A stretch of DNA of 54,943 nucleotides, taken from IMG/VR virus record IMGVR_UViG_3300037755_000870, positions 1 to 54,943 of that record; one strand, written 5' to 3'. Position numbers and translations under genes: made by a program. The notes under the pieces were generated by a model. It saw nothing but the letters and a program-made list of their open reading frames with translations. It did no database searches and was not told the origin of the DNA. Source of the stretch: a virus (Duplodnaviria > Caudoviricetes). Shown here one piece after another: positions 18,713 to 27,231 of the stretch (within the stretch, counting starts at the first letter, position 1; each line of letters opens with the position of its first letter).

Positions 18713-18973
18713 TCACTCGGTCACTCCGCGTGCGGGCGAGGCGGCGTCGGCGCACTGTCGGTAGACCTCGACCGCTCCGATCAGAGCGAGCATCGAGTCC
18801 GACGCGGCCTCGTCGGAGACCTGTTCGTCGAGGAGCCGGTCGGCGTGATGGCAGGCGACGGCGAGGAGGACCTCGGTCGCGTAGTGGAGGTTCCGGTCCT
18901 CGACTCGGCGAGGTTCCTGGCGCCGGTCCTTCGGTCGGAGATCTCGGTAGTCGATGGTCGTGGAGTCGGTCAT
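18713..18973 (-). CDS. Hypothetical protein
   Basis: MTDSTTIDY start downstream of motif 19003-19018. Confidence 0.55.
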   Translation of the reverse strand: MTDSTTIDYRDLRPKDRRQEPRRVEDRNLHYATEVLLAVACHHADRLLDEQVSDEAASDSMLALIGAVEVYRQCADAASPARGVTE

Positions 18974-19154
18974 GCCGGGGTTGTCGGCCGCTCGGCGTGA
19001 ACCTTTAGCGCGCTCAGGTTCGGCCATCAGAACGCCGCCCGGTAGACGAGGACGACGAGCGCCGGCGCGGCCATCAGGAGGACCGACGCAGCGATAGCGA
19101 CGAGGATTGTCACCCCTTGGCGGAGTTCGCGCTCCTCCTTGGTCTGGATGCCGC

Positions 19155-19781
19155 TCATCGGTAGAGACCGCCGGGGTTACGCTCCGTGAGCATGCCGAGG
19201 ACGTCGATCGGCACCAGGACGGAGAGCGACGGCGTGTCGTCGATCGCCGCGACGATCTCAGCCGCGGGCCAGCCGATCACCGGCCCGTTGACCAGGCAGG
19301 ACCAGCCGCGCTTGTCCAGAGGACCGAGGAGGTCGAGGAACGCCTCTGCGTCGTCGGAGAGCGGCTCTGTCGGCGTCAGGTCGATCACGTCGCCGACAGG
19401 CTCCGCCGGTCGGCCGTACGTCCAGATCGTGCCAGAGCCGCCGTGCGGACAGTGCCGGTCGTCGTGGGCGGATCCGTACCAAATCCCGACGACCTCGTCG
19501 GCGTAGGACCAGAGCGTCGGGTCGACGATCCGGGCGTTGACTGCGTAGGGATCGCTGTCGACGACGACCCAGGAGTGCTGTCCGCCGACGCCGGCGCAGG
19601 CGCCACGCCCGACTCGTGCCGCAGGTCCGAGGAGACCGGAGCGGACGAGCGCGAGCGAGGCGCCGTGGCAGTTGTGCGCCCAGTCGTCGAGTCCGCCGAG
19701 AGCGTCGACGAGCGCCGCGTCGAGTTCGGTCGGATCGAGTTCCGAGACGTCGGAGAGATCAGGGAACAGGTTCGTGGTCAC
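19155..19781 (-). CDS. Hypothetical protein, 208 aa
   Basis: GTGA coupling; NCH...HSW...DPT suggests a Cys-His-Asp (transglutaminase-like) fold. Confidence 0.65.
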   Translation of the reverse strand: MTTNLFPDLSDVSELDPTELDAALVDALGGLDDWAHNCHGASLALVRSGLLGPAARVGRGACAGVGGQHSWVVVDSDPYAVNARIVDPTLWSYADEVVGIWYGSAHDDRHCPHGGSGTIWTYGRPAEPVGDVIDLTPTEPLSDDAEAFLDLLGPLDKRGWSCLVNGPVIGWPAAEIVAAIDDTPSLSVLVPIDVLGMLTERNPGGLYR

Positions 19782-20977
19782 GACCGGCTCCCGGCTGCGG
19801 CGAGGTCGAGCGCGGCGATCGCCTGCGCCTCGATCTCCATCGCGTCGTCGGCGTCCTCGACGGTCTGAGCGTACGACGTGACCGCGTTCAGGACGCCGCC
19901 GGCCGTCATCTGCCCGCCGCGGACGAAGTGGTCGAGGATCCCGTCGATCCGGTCCTGACCGAACCGGAGCCGCTTCCCGATCGTCTCGATCGCCTTCGCC
20001 GGCTGGTCGACGACCGCCGTCGCCTGCGCCTCGATGATCTGGACTGCCCGCTTGACGTACTCGGCGTCGAGGAACTGCGCGACCGCGTCCCGTGCCTGCG
20101 AGGCGACCAGGTCGAGATTCTTCCTCTGCGTCTCGTCGCTCCACTGGATGACGCCGTCGCCGAGCTTGCCGCCGAGATGGACGTTCCGCATCGCGTCGCG
20201 GGTGATCGTCATGCCGTTGTCGCAGACTTCGGCGATGATCCGCGGCGTGATCGAGAACGCGCCGTCGCCGACCTCGGAGTTGGCGATCACGAACCCGGCG
20301 AACACGACGGGGTTCTCGTCGCCGGAGTTGCCGGAGAACGGCGACCGGTAGCCGGCGAGGAGCGTCGGCGCGAGCGCCTGGACCGCGGGCGCCTTGATCC
20401 GGACGTACATGCGTCGTTCGGTCAGGTCGCAGCCGTCGATCTCGACCTCGACGCCGGCCTCGCGGACGCCTTCGAGCGCCGCCGTGAGGACGTCGAGGTT
20501 GTCGAAGATCCGATACTGATTCGAGAGGAACGCGCGCGCGACGCCGTCGCCTCCGTCGTCGCCTCGGAACGTCCGGAGCAGGAACGACCGCGGGTCCGGC
20601 TCGCGCAGGACGGTCGTGATCGGACCGGCGGCGTCGCGGCCGGCGACCTTGCGCTTGCCGTGGAGCCAGCCGTTGACGTTCGAGTCGTACAGGTCCGGCG
20701 CGGCCTCGCGGAGCCGGCGCAGGTAGGCGAGCGGAACGCCGAGCTTCGAAGCGATCCCCTCGTCGCAGACCCGCGTCGGGCGATAGGTGCCGTTCGGATC
20801 CGTGACGCCGTCGTCCTCGATGACCTGGTCGGCGCCGGCGATCACGAGGTTGGCGCCGTAGGAGCGGACCTGTTCGGCGGGGACGATCATGTCGATCTTG
20901 CGGCCGTGCTGGTCCTGGAGGAGCGAGGCGAGATCCTCGATCGTCGCGTTCCTCGTCGTCGTGGTGAGCGTGCTCAT
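19778..20977 (-). CDS. DUF932-like protein, 399 aa
   Basis: RAFLSNQY, NSEVGDGA, VCDNGM, HLG motifs; CCCATCCCAAGGAG RBS. Confidence 0.75.
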   Translation of the reverse strand: MSTLTTTTRNATIEDLASLLQDQHGRKIDMIVPAEQVRSYGANLVIAGADQVIEDDGVTDPNGTYRPTRVCDEGIASKLGVPLAYLRRLREAAPDLYDSNVNGWLHGKRKVAGRDAAGPITTVLREPDPRSFLLRTFRGDDGGDGVARAFLSNQYRIFDNLDVLTAALEGVREAGVEVEIDGCDLTERRMYVRIKAPAVQALAPTLLAGYRSPFSGNSGDENPVVFAGFVIANSEVGDGAFSITPRIIAEVCDNGMTITRDAMRNVHLGGKLGDGVIQWSDETQRKNLDLVASQARDAVAQFLDAEYVKRAVQIIEAQATAVVDQPAKAIETIGKRLRFGQDRIDGILDHFVRGGQMTAGGVLNAVTSYAQTVEDADDAMEIEAQAIAALDLAAAGSRS

Positions 20978-21098
20978 GGTCTGTTCTCCTTGGGATGGGT
21001 CTGGTTGGGTTCGAGAGTACGGGCGGGGTCTGACAGCGCCTGGATCCGCTCGCGGATCGCGGGCGGGACGAGCGGGTTCAGTCGGTAGGTGACGACGA

Positions 21099-21536
21099 TC
21101 ACCAGGTCTCGCAGGAGCCGGCGTCGGTCGCGTGGTCGATGCAGCAGCCGTCGGTCGACCGCTGGCAGGACTCGTCCTCGGCGCGGTCCGAGGCGATCGA
21201 GCGGAGCGCCGGCGTCGACGGCCGCGAGTCCGGAGCGCCGACGATCGGCGAGCGGATCTCGGCGGCGATCAGGAAGCAGCCTCGCTCTGGCTCCTCGACG
21301 TGCCGGTACGCCTCGACCTCGTAGTCGTAGAACGCCGGCCGGCCGCAGTCGTTGCACTCCTCGACGTCGTCCTCGACGATCTCCGGCGCCGTCCTGGCCT
21401 TGCTCTCGTAGCGAGCGGCCTGGGTCAGATCGCCGGCTCGGCGAGCGATCTCCGCCTTGACGCGGTACCCCTCGGCGGTTACCGGCCGGGGGTTGAGGGG
21501 GCCGTACGCCGACTTCGTCGTCGTGATCGTGCTCAT
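21099..21536 (-). CDS. Hypothetical Cys-containing protein
   Basis: ATG after CCCAAGGAG and motif 21576-21591. Confidence 0.7.
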   Translation of the reverse strand: MSTITTTKSAYGPLNPRPVTAEGYRVKAEIARRAGDLTQAARYESKARTAPEIVEDDVEECNDCGRPAFYDYEVEAYRHVEEPERGCFLIAAEIRSPIVGAPDSRPSTPALRSIASDRAEDESCQRSTDGCCIDHATDAGSCETW

Positions 21537-21575
21537 GGTTGCGCTCCTTGGGAAAGGGGTCTCGGTACGCCGCAA

Positions 21576-21591
21576 CCTTAGCGCGGTTAGG
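21576..21591 (-). promoter_or_regulatory. Motif copy with TAAGGT -10
   Basis: CCTTAGCGCGGTTAGG; supplies the TAA stop of the upstream mom-like gene. Confidence 0.8.
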
Positions 21592-22294
21592 AACCTCGCG
21601 CCGTGTTCGAGCGGTCGGAGGGAGTCGAACCCACACCTCCGGCGTGGGACGCCGGCGTCTCCCCGTCGAGACCTCGACCGCGGGGTACCGGATACGGTAG
21701 CGCCAGAGGAGCGAGCCGGCGGCGCATGGCTCGATCGAGCGGGTACAGGTACCGGTACTTCCCCGGCCGGCGCCGGAACGGGACCGTCGGACCGCCTGGA
21801 TTCTCCGGGAGGTTCTTCCCGTTGAACCCTTTCGCTCGGAGGTCGTACCAAACGCCCTTCTTGTGGCGCCAGCGACCGCCGACGAAATACTCGTCGACGT
21901 CGTCGCTCTGTCCGGTGTAGATCCAGTTTCCGGCCTGGTAGATCCCGCCGTGATGTCCTCGGGTCGGATCGGCGAACGAGACGACGAGGCGAAGCTCCGG
22001 CGACTGCTGGCGGAGGAGCCGGAGTGCGCCGGCGACCGCCTGCGAGACCGGCGCCTCGTGGGAGCGCATGGCGATCCGGGTGAGTTCGCAGATCTCGACG
22101 TGGTCCAGGTCGTAGGCGGAGCCGAGCCACGGCGACGCGCCTCGGGAGAACAGGATCGCTCCGACGAACTCGCCGGCCTCCCATACGCCGACCTTGACGA
22201 GCTTCCCGGTCGGGAGGCAGCCGGAGTAGTGCCAGCGTTCGACCGCGAACCGGGCGGCGTCGTGTCCGCAGAACTCGACGACGAGGTCGGTCAC
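21587..22294 (-). CDS. mom: Mom-like GNAT DNA adenine modification protein, copy 2
   Basis: WHYS, VGAILF, ELTR, VSFADP..GHHGGIYQAGNWIYTG, PGKYRYLYPL motifs; GTG start overlaps stop of copy 1. Confidence 0.8.
   Translation of the reverse strand: MTDLVVEFCGHDAARFAVERWHYSGCLPTGKLVKVGVWEAGEFVGAILFSRGASPWLGSAYDLDHVEICELTRIAMRSHEAPVSQAVAGALRLLRQQSPELRLVVSFADPTRGHHGGIYQAGNWIYTGQSDDVDEYFVGGRWRHKKGVWYDLRAKGFNGKNLPENPGGPTVPFRRRPGKYRYLYPLDRAMRRRLAPLALPYPVPRGRGLDGETPASHAGGVGSTPSDRSNTARGS
21610..21681 (-). tRNA. Atypical tRNA-Gly(CCC)-like gene within the 3' end of mom copy 2
   Basis: GCGGTCG/CGACCGC acceptor stem (7/7 pairs), GTCT/AGAC D-stem, CCGGC/GCCGG anticodon stem with loop GT-CCC-AC, TTCGACT T-loop, discriminator U; no encoded CCA. 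Confidence 0.8.
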
Positions 22295-22923
22295 CGCGGG
22301 TACTCGACTCGGAGTGTCTCGACGCGCCGGCGGACCGGTCGATCGAGCGGGAGGACGTACCGGTGCTTGCCTGGCCGGTCCCGGCGCGGCAGCGTCGCCT
22401 TCTCGTCCGGCGTGAGGCGGCTCGGCGCGTCTCGGCCGGCGCCGTTGAATCCGGTCCCGTAGTCGGAGAGTTGCCGATCGGACCACCAGCGGCCGCGGTA
22501 GTAGACCTCCGAGGAGCCGCCCGACTGGCCCGTGTAGATCCAGTTCATCGCCTGGTACAGCACGCCGGTGTGGCCGGCCGCGGGATCGGCGAACGAGATC
22601 AGGAGCCGGAGTCCGGGGTTCGCTCGGCGGAGGAGACGGACCGCGGCGGCGACGATCGTCGAGGTCGGATGCTCGTGCTCGTCGAGAGCGACGCGCGCAA
22701 GCTCGGCGACCTCGGTCCGGTCGAGGTCGAACCGCGAGTGCAGGTTCGCCGCCAGACCAGGGGTGAACACGACGGCGCCGACGAACCGTCCGGCCTCCCA
22801 TGCCCCGAACCGGACCATCTTCGCGTGCCCGTCCATCGGGAGCTTCCCGGTGTAGTGCCAGCGGCGAGCGGCGTACGTCGCTGCTGCCTGCTGGTCGCAG
22901 TAGTCGACCAGGAGGTCGGTCAA
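22291..22923 (-). CDS. mom: Mom-like GNAT DNA adenine modification protein, copy 1
   Basis: WHYT, VGAVVF, ELAR, ISFADPAAGHTGVLYQAMNWIYTG, PGKHRYVLPL; TTG start overlaps the ParB-like stop. Confidence 0.8.
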   Translation of the reverse strand: MTDLLVDYCDQQAAATYAARRWHYTGKLPMDGHAKMVRFGAWEAGRFVGAVVFTPGLAANLHSRFDLDRTEVAELARVALDEHEHPTSTIVAAAVRLLRRANPGLRLLISFADPAAGHTGVLYQAMNWIYTGQSGGSSEVYYRGRWWSDRQLSDYGTGFNGAGRDAPSRLTPDEKATLPRRDRPGKHRYVLPLDRPVRRRVETLRVEYPR

Positions 22924-23477
22924 CGCGGGACCCACTGGTGGCCGCAGGACGGACACTGGACGGGGTTCCGTTCGTCGAGGCGAGGCTGCGTCTCCGGCGG
23001 TACCGGATCGAAGTCCGGGACCTGGAGTTCGGCGAGGATCGTGTCGAGGTCGTCGTTGTCGTACCCGACGGCGCCGTCCAGGCGGTCGTTCTTCCGGAGG
23101 TCGTCGAGCATCGCGCCGAGTTCGTCCATCCGCCAGCCGCCGCGTTCGCCGAGCCGGTTCACTGCGATGAGCGCGGCCTTCGCCTCGTCGTCGTCCTCGG
23201 ATGCCCAGCCGCAGACGACCGGGACCCGCCAGGTTCCGTCCTCGTCGACGACGACGCCGTCCGGGGGTTCCTCGCCGGCCTCTCGTGCCGTCCGGTACTG
23301 CTCGGTTCGGCCGTGGCCGGAGATCAGTCGGCCGGTCCGGTCGTCGCGGGTGATGATCTCGATCGTGCCGAAGCGGCGGAGCGAGGCGGCGATCCCGGCC
23401 TCGTCGTGGTCCTTCGGGTTCTGCTCTGCTCCGACGATCTCGTCGAGAGGCAGGTACTCGATATGGCGCTCGGTCAT
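22920..23477 (-). CDS. ParB-N-like domain protein with C-terminal zinc ribbon
   Basis: NPKDH...SLRRFG...LISGHGR...CPSCGHQW; leaderless TACGCT-N6-ATG. Confidence 0.8.
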   Translation of the reverse strand: MTERHIEYLPLDEIVGAEQNPKDHDEAGIAASLRRFGTIEIITRDDRTGRLISGHGRTEQYRTAREAGEEPPDGVVVDEDGTWRVPVVCGWASEDDDEAKAALIAVNRLGERGGWRMDELGAMLDDLRKNDRLDGAVGYDNDDLDTILAELQVPDFDPVPPETQPRLDERNPVQCPSCGHQWVPR

Positions 23478-23530
23478 GGCCGGAGCGTAGTGCGCTCAGG
23501 CTCTGTCAACAGGTGGGGAGAACCTGGGGA

Positions 23531-23749
23531 TCATCGGACCTCGAACTCGCCGGCGTGGTGGCGAGATCCGTGGGCGAACGCGGCGTCGAGCGCGGTCCGC
23601 TTGTTCGCTGTCGAGTGCCAGCCGCGGCCGTCGAGCCAGCCGAGAGCGAGGTCGCGTTTCGTCGGGATCGTGACGTTCCCGCACGCCGAGCATTCGACGC
23701 GGTGGGTGGCGCGCCGACCCGCGAGCGTCCGGACTCGGACCTCGATCAC
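23531..23749 (-). CDS. Hypothetical protein
   Basis: Coupled ORF with CxxC. Confidence 0.5.
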   Translation of the reverse strand: MIEVRVRTLAGRRATHRVECSACGNVTIPTKRDLALGWLDGRGWHSTANKRTALDAAFAHGSRHHAGEFEVR

Positions 23750-24156
23750 CAGGAGCGGCGGGAGGCGAACGGCCGGCCGGAGAGATGTCGGTCGGCGCCG
23801 CGCTCCTGATTATCTGGATCTCGGTACGACCGCCGGCCGGAGTGCAGGACCCGTTCGTCGCCGCACTTCTCGCAGCGCCTGGTCACGAGGTCGGTCTCGT
23901 CGAGCGTCGGGTGCGGCGAGACGTCGACGATCTCGGAGCGCCAGTGCGCGCAGCCGACCGAGCGGAGGACGATGTCGCAGGTCTCGCAACGGTCCTCGAT
24001 CGAGAACGCCGACGGGGTCGCGGGATCGCCGACGTCGATCTGTCCGGCGAGATCCTCGGCACAGGTCCGGCAGCGTGAGTAGCCGAGCCGGTCGACGTAG
24101 GCGACGACCTCCAGGTCGTGGAGAGCGGACGTCGCGACGACCTCGCGGAACGTCAC
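23746..24156 (-). CDS. Cys-rich hypothetical protein
   Basis: Coupled ORF with three CxxC pairs. Confidence 0.55.
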   Translation of the reverse strand: MTFREVVATSALHDLEVVAYVDRLGYSRCRTCAEDLAGQIDVGDPATPSAFSIEDRCETCDIVLRSVGCAHWRSEIVDVSPHPTLDETDLVTRRCEKCGDERVLHSGRRSYRDPDNQERGADRHLSGRPFASRRSW

Positions 24157-24458
24157 AGCAGACCTTCGAACGGGTCCTCGCCGCGGGCCAGGCGAGCGGC
24201 CCCCTCGGCGCGCGCTCGGAGGTACCCCTCGACGTGCTGGCGGGTCGTCAACGACGGGAGCCGGACGCCGGCGATCCCGGCGAGGACGCGCCAGAATGCG
24301 TCATTCTCCGTGACGCCGCCGACGAGTTCGGCGTCGATCCGGAGATGGTGGTCCTCGATCCGCTCGTTGTACCGGTCGATGACGACCACGAGCGCGGCGA
24401 CCTTCTCGGCGCGGCCGGCCCGCTCGTGCGGGTGGACGATCTCGTCCTTGCCGCTCAC
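24153..24458 (-). CDS. Hypothetical protein, 101 aa
   Basis: GTGA coupling. Confidence 0.6.
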   Translation of the reverse strand: MSGKDEIVHPHERAGRAEKVAALVVVIDRYNERIEDHHLRIDAELVGGVTENDAFWRVLAGIAGVRLPSLTTRQHVEGYLRARAEGAARLARGEDPFEGLL

Positions 24459-24607
24459 GACTCGACCTCGGTCGAGGTCGGCGAGAACTCGACGTCCTCG
24501 ACGGCGCCGGCGACCGCGTCGGCGACGATGCCGCCGAACAGGAGAACCAGAGCGGCGACGAACGCCAGGAGAAGGAGACCGGAGTTGCGACGAGCGGAGT
24601 AGTTCAT
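24455..24607 (-). CDS. Small membrane protein, 50 aa
   Basis: MNYSARRNSGLLLLAFVAALVLLFGG; leaderless TAAGGT-N7-ATG. Confidence 0.6.
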   Translation of the reverse strand: MNYSARRNSGLLLLAFVAALVLLFGGIVADAVAGAVEDVEFSPTSTEVES

Positions 24608-24615
24608 ACCGGCAA

Positions 24616-24631
24616 CCTTAGCGCGGTTAGG
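24616..24631 (-). promoter_or_regulatory. Motif copy with TAAGGT -10
   Basis: CCTTAGCGCGGTTAGG. Confidence 0.8.
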
Positions 24632-25013
24632 TACGGCGCGGTAGTAGGGACCGCCAGACCGTGACCGGCCGAGCGTGGCACTCCGGTCTCGTCGACGGGA
24701 CCGTCTGGTGCGTGTTCTCGACGATCCCCTCGGCGGCTGCCTGGCGCATGACGGCGCCGAGCGCCCGTGGTTCTCTCGTCGAGGCGAGCGACCGCCAGAC
24801 GTCGTCGGTCGTGAACTCCGGGTGCGTCTCGGCGAGCCGGCGGACGACCGCTCGCGCGTCGGCGAGCCATTCGTCGTCAGCGTTCCCCTCGACCTGCTCG
24901 ATCGCCTCCTCTGCGGCCGCGAGCGCCTCGGACCGGTCTCGGTCCGCACAGACCGGACACTCCTCGTACATCGCAACGAGGCGGTCGTGATCGTGCCGCC
25001 AGTCCTCAGCCAT
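24627..25013 (-). CDS. Hypothetical protein (possible winged helix)
   Basis: FTTDDVW...RALGAVM...VWRSL. Confidence 0.7.
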   Translation of the reverse strand: MAEDWRHDHDRLVAMYEECPVCADRDRSEALAAAEEAIEQVEGNADDEWLADARAVVRRLAETHPEFTTDDVWRSLASTREPRALGAVMRQAAAEGIVENTHQTVPSTRPECHARPVTVWRSLLPRRT

Positions 25014-25323
25014 CGTCGGCGCCGACGTCGACGCGGCCGGCGAAGATCGAGCCGACGGCCTGCTCGTATGCCGACTGGAGCGCCTCGCGTGGCGTCGTAC
25101 CGGCCCCCCACTGAGCGCCGCCGGTACCTGCCGGAGCGCCGAGCCAGACGGTCCAGCGGATCTCGTCGTGCCCGCTCGGCGAGTAGGTCAGGTGGACGGA
25201 CTCGGAGCGACCGAGGAGATCGGAGAGCCGGCGCAGGAGCCAGGCGAGACCGACGTCGACGCCGTCCTCCTCGGTCTCGGTCCTTCGGGTCTCGCGGAAC
25301 GGGCGAGAGGTCGGAGCGGTCAT
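25006..25323 (-). CDS. Hypothetical protein
   Basis: ATGA coupling to the helicase. Confidence 0.6.
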   Translation of the reverse strand: MTAPTSRPFRETRRTETEEDGVDVGLAWLLRRLSDLLGRSESVHLTYSPSGHDEIRWTVWLGAPAGTGGAQWGAGTTPREALQSAYEQAVGSIFAGRVDVGADDG

Positions 25324-26903
25324 CCGTCGATCCCTTCGAGGAACAGAGCGGGGAGCCGGTCGGCGTCCTCGCAGCGGTGGGCGCCGATGACGCCGTTCGA
25401 GCGGACGACGTCCGAGCGGTCGCAGAACGGGCAGACCCGCGCCTCGGACTCGACCGTCGAGAGCATCCGGACCGCGTCGACGTCGAGGTCGATCTGTGCC
25501 CGCGTCGCCGCGACGTACAGGAGGCGGAGTTCCTCCGGCTCCGGGCGGCGCAGGTTCCCGTCGAGGTCGGACCGGTTGAAATCGCCGGCGAGTTGGACCG
25601 ACCTCCACTCCCGCCCCTTCGACTTGTGCGCCGTCGAGATCACGACGTCGGCCGCGGACTCCGGCGCCATATTGTCGAGAGCGTCGAGGATCGTCTGGAC
25701 GCCGAACTCATCGACGAGCTTCACCATCAGCCGGAGGTCCTCGCCTTGCGCGTCCTGGTCGACGTACTCCTGGACCTCGCCCCAGGAGGAGAAGCAGGCG
25801 AGGTCGCGGTGCTCGGTCGACCGGCCCCCCTGGAGATCTCGTGCCGCTCGGGCGAACGAGACGACCTCGTAGCCGCCGCCCATCAGGTGCGGGCGTCGGC
25901 CGGCGCGCTGTGCGACGAGGACGTTCTCGACCGCGACCGCGTTCGTCCTCGTGAGGATGCAGTCCGGCTCGGCGAGCGGGCCGACGGTCGAGGCGATCTC
26001 GTCCGTGCCGACGAGCCGGTCGGATCCCAGGAGGTCGAGGACCCGGTTCGCGATGTCGGCGATCGCCGGTCCGAACCGGAACGACTGCGACAGGACCGTC
26101 CGGTGCTTCGCCTCCATTCGGCCCATCGCGTTGATCGCTCCCGTGAACGCGTAGATCTCCTGCGCGTCGTCGCCGACGGCGATCAGTTGCGAGTTCTCCT
26201 GGCCTTCGAAGATCGCGTACATGACCGGAGCGACGTCCTGCGCCTCGTCCAAGAGGATGAAGTCCGCCGGGATCTGCGGCGACGTCAACTGCCAGCCTTT
26301 GAGGTAGACGTGGTGGCCGAACGGGAGCGACCCGTCGATCTGCGTCAGGTCCTGCCAGGCTTCGCGGATCGAGCCGACGAGGTACTCGGCGACCAGGTCG
26401 TTGTTCTCGTAGGTGCGGGTCCCGTCGTCGTTCGGGAGGTCGATCCCGTCGATGTAGGCGACATGCCGTTCGGTCGGCTCCTCGTCGGCGCTCTGGCAGA
26501 ACCGCTCGATCGCCTTCATGACGTGGCCGGCGAGGAACCCGGCGGCGAGGACCTTCCGCTGTCCGCCGTAGGTGACGACGAACGGGTCGAGTCCGAGCAG
26601 GCGAGCGAGGTCGTTCGACCGCATCCGCTTCGAGTTGAGCCGATGCTTGTACCGGTGCCCGTAGGACCGGAACGCGAGCGAGTGAACCGTCGACGCCGTG
26701 ACGTTCCGCGGCATCTTCTCGCCGGCCTCTTGGACGATCGACCGGTTGAACGCGAGGTACTGCCCGCGAGCGGAGGTCGAGTCGGCGAGGAGTTTCAGCG
26801 TCGAGGTCTTGCCGGCGCCGGCGCGTGCCTGGATGACCAGGTCCTCGCCGGTACCGAACAGGTCGAGCGCGGTGGTCTGCTCTGCGGTCGGGACGAAGCT
26901 CAT
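25320..26903 (-). CDS. UvrD/Rep-like superfamily 1 helicase
   Basis: ARAGAGKT, LLDEAQD, VGDDAQEIY, SFRF, STAHKSKGREW, LLYVAATRA. Confidence 0.92.
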   Translation of the reverse strand: MSFVPTAEQTTALDLFGTGEDLVIQARAGAGKTSTLKLLADSTSARGQYLAFNRSIVQEAGEKMPRNVTASTVHSLAFRSYGHRYKHRLNSKRMRSNDLARLLGLDPFVVTYGGQRKVLAAGFLAGHVMKAIERFCQSADEEPTERHVAYIDGIDLPNDDGTRTYENNDLVAEYLVGSIREAWQDLTQIDGSLPFGHHVYLKGWQLTSPQIPADFILLDEAQDVAPVMYAIFEGQENSQLIAVGDDAQEIYAFTGAINAMGRMEAKHRTVLSQSFRFGPAIADIANRVLDLLGSDRLVGTDEIASTVGPLAEPDCILTRTNAVAVENVLVAQRAGRRPHLMGGGYEVVSFARAARDLQGGRSTEHRDLACFSSWGEVQEYVDQDAQGEDLRLMVKLVDEFGVQTILDALDNMAPESAADVVISTAHKSKGREWRSVQLAGDFNRSDLDGNLRRPEPEELRLLYVAATRAQIDLDVDAVRMLSTVESEARVCPFCDRSDVVRSNGVIGAHRCEDADRLPALFLEGIDG

Positions 26904-27172
26904 CGGGTCGCCTCCTGCGCCTCGATCTCGGCGGTTGCCTTCGCTCGACGGAGCGTGTCGGTCGCCATCGAGAGGTACCAGTAGGAGCGGCAGCCAGGGC
27001 ACATGCGCTCCGGCTTCATGTCCGCCCAGGACGGCCCCTCGCCGGGGTGCGGTTCGAGGCAGATCGTCGAGTCCTCGTCGGCTCGGTCGTAGTGCCGGCA
27101 CGGCGTGCGGTTCAACGCGGACTGCTGCTCGTCGAGAGCGGCGATCATCTGGTCGTAGTCGATTGTCGTCAT
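26900..27172 (-). CDS. Hypothetical protein, 90 aa
   Basis: After motif and CCCATCCCAAGGAG. Confidence 0.7.
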   Translation of the reverse strand: MTTIDYDQMIAALDEQQSALNRTPCRHYDRADEDSTICLEPHPGEGPSWADMKPERMCPGCRSYWYLSMATDTLRRAKATAEIEAQEATR

Positions 27173-27215
27173 GGGAGGCGCCTCCTTGGGATGGGTCGTA
27201 TTGCCTCGCCGATAA

Positions 27216-27231
27216 CCTTAGCGCGGTTAGG
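27216..27231 (-). promoter_or_regulatory. Motif copy with TAAGGT -10
   Basis: CCTTAGCGCGGTTAGG. Confidence 0.8.

Noticed and set aside
21610-21681. tRNA fragment as an attP core
   Set aside because: It is a full cloverleaf with non-canonical bases rather than a host-like 3' half, and no integrase is present
22920-23477. ParB as a plasmid-prophage partition system
   Set aside because: No ParA and no HTH domain; the ParB-N-only form fits DNA-modification loci
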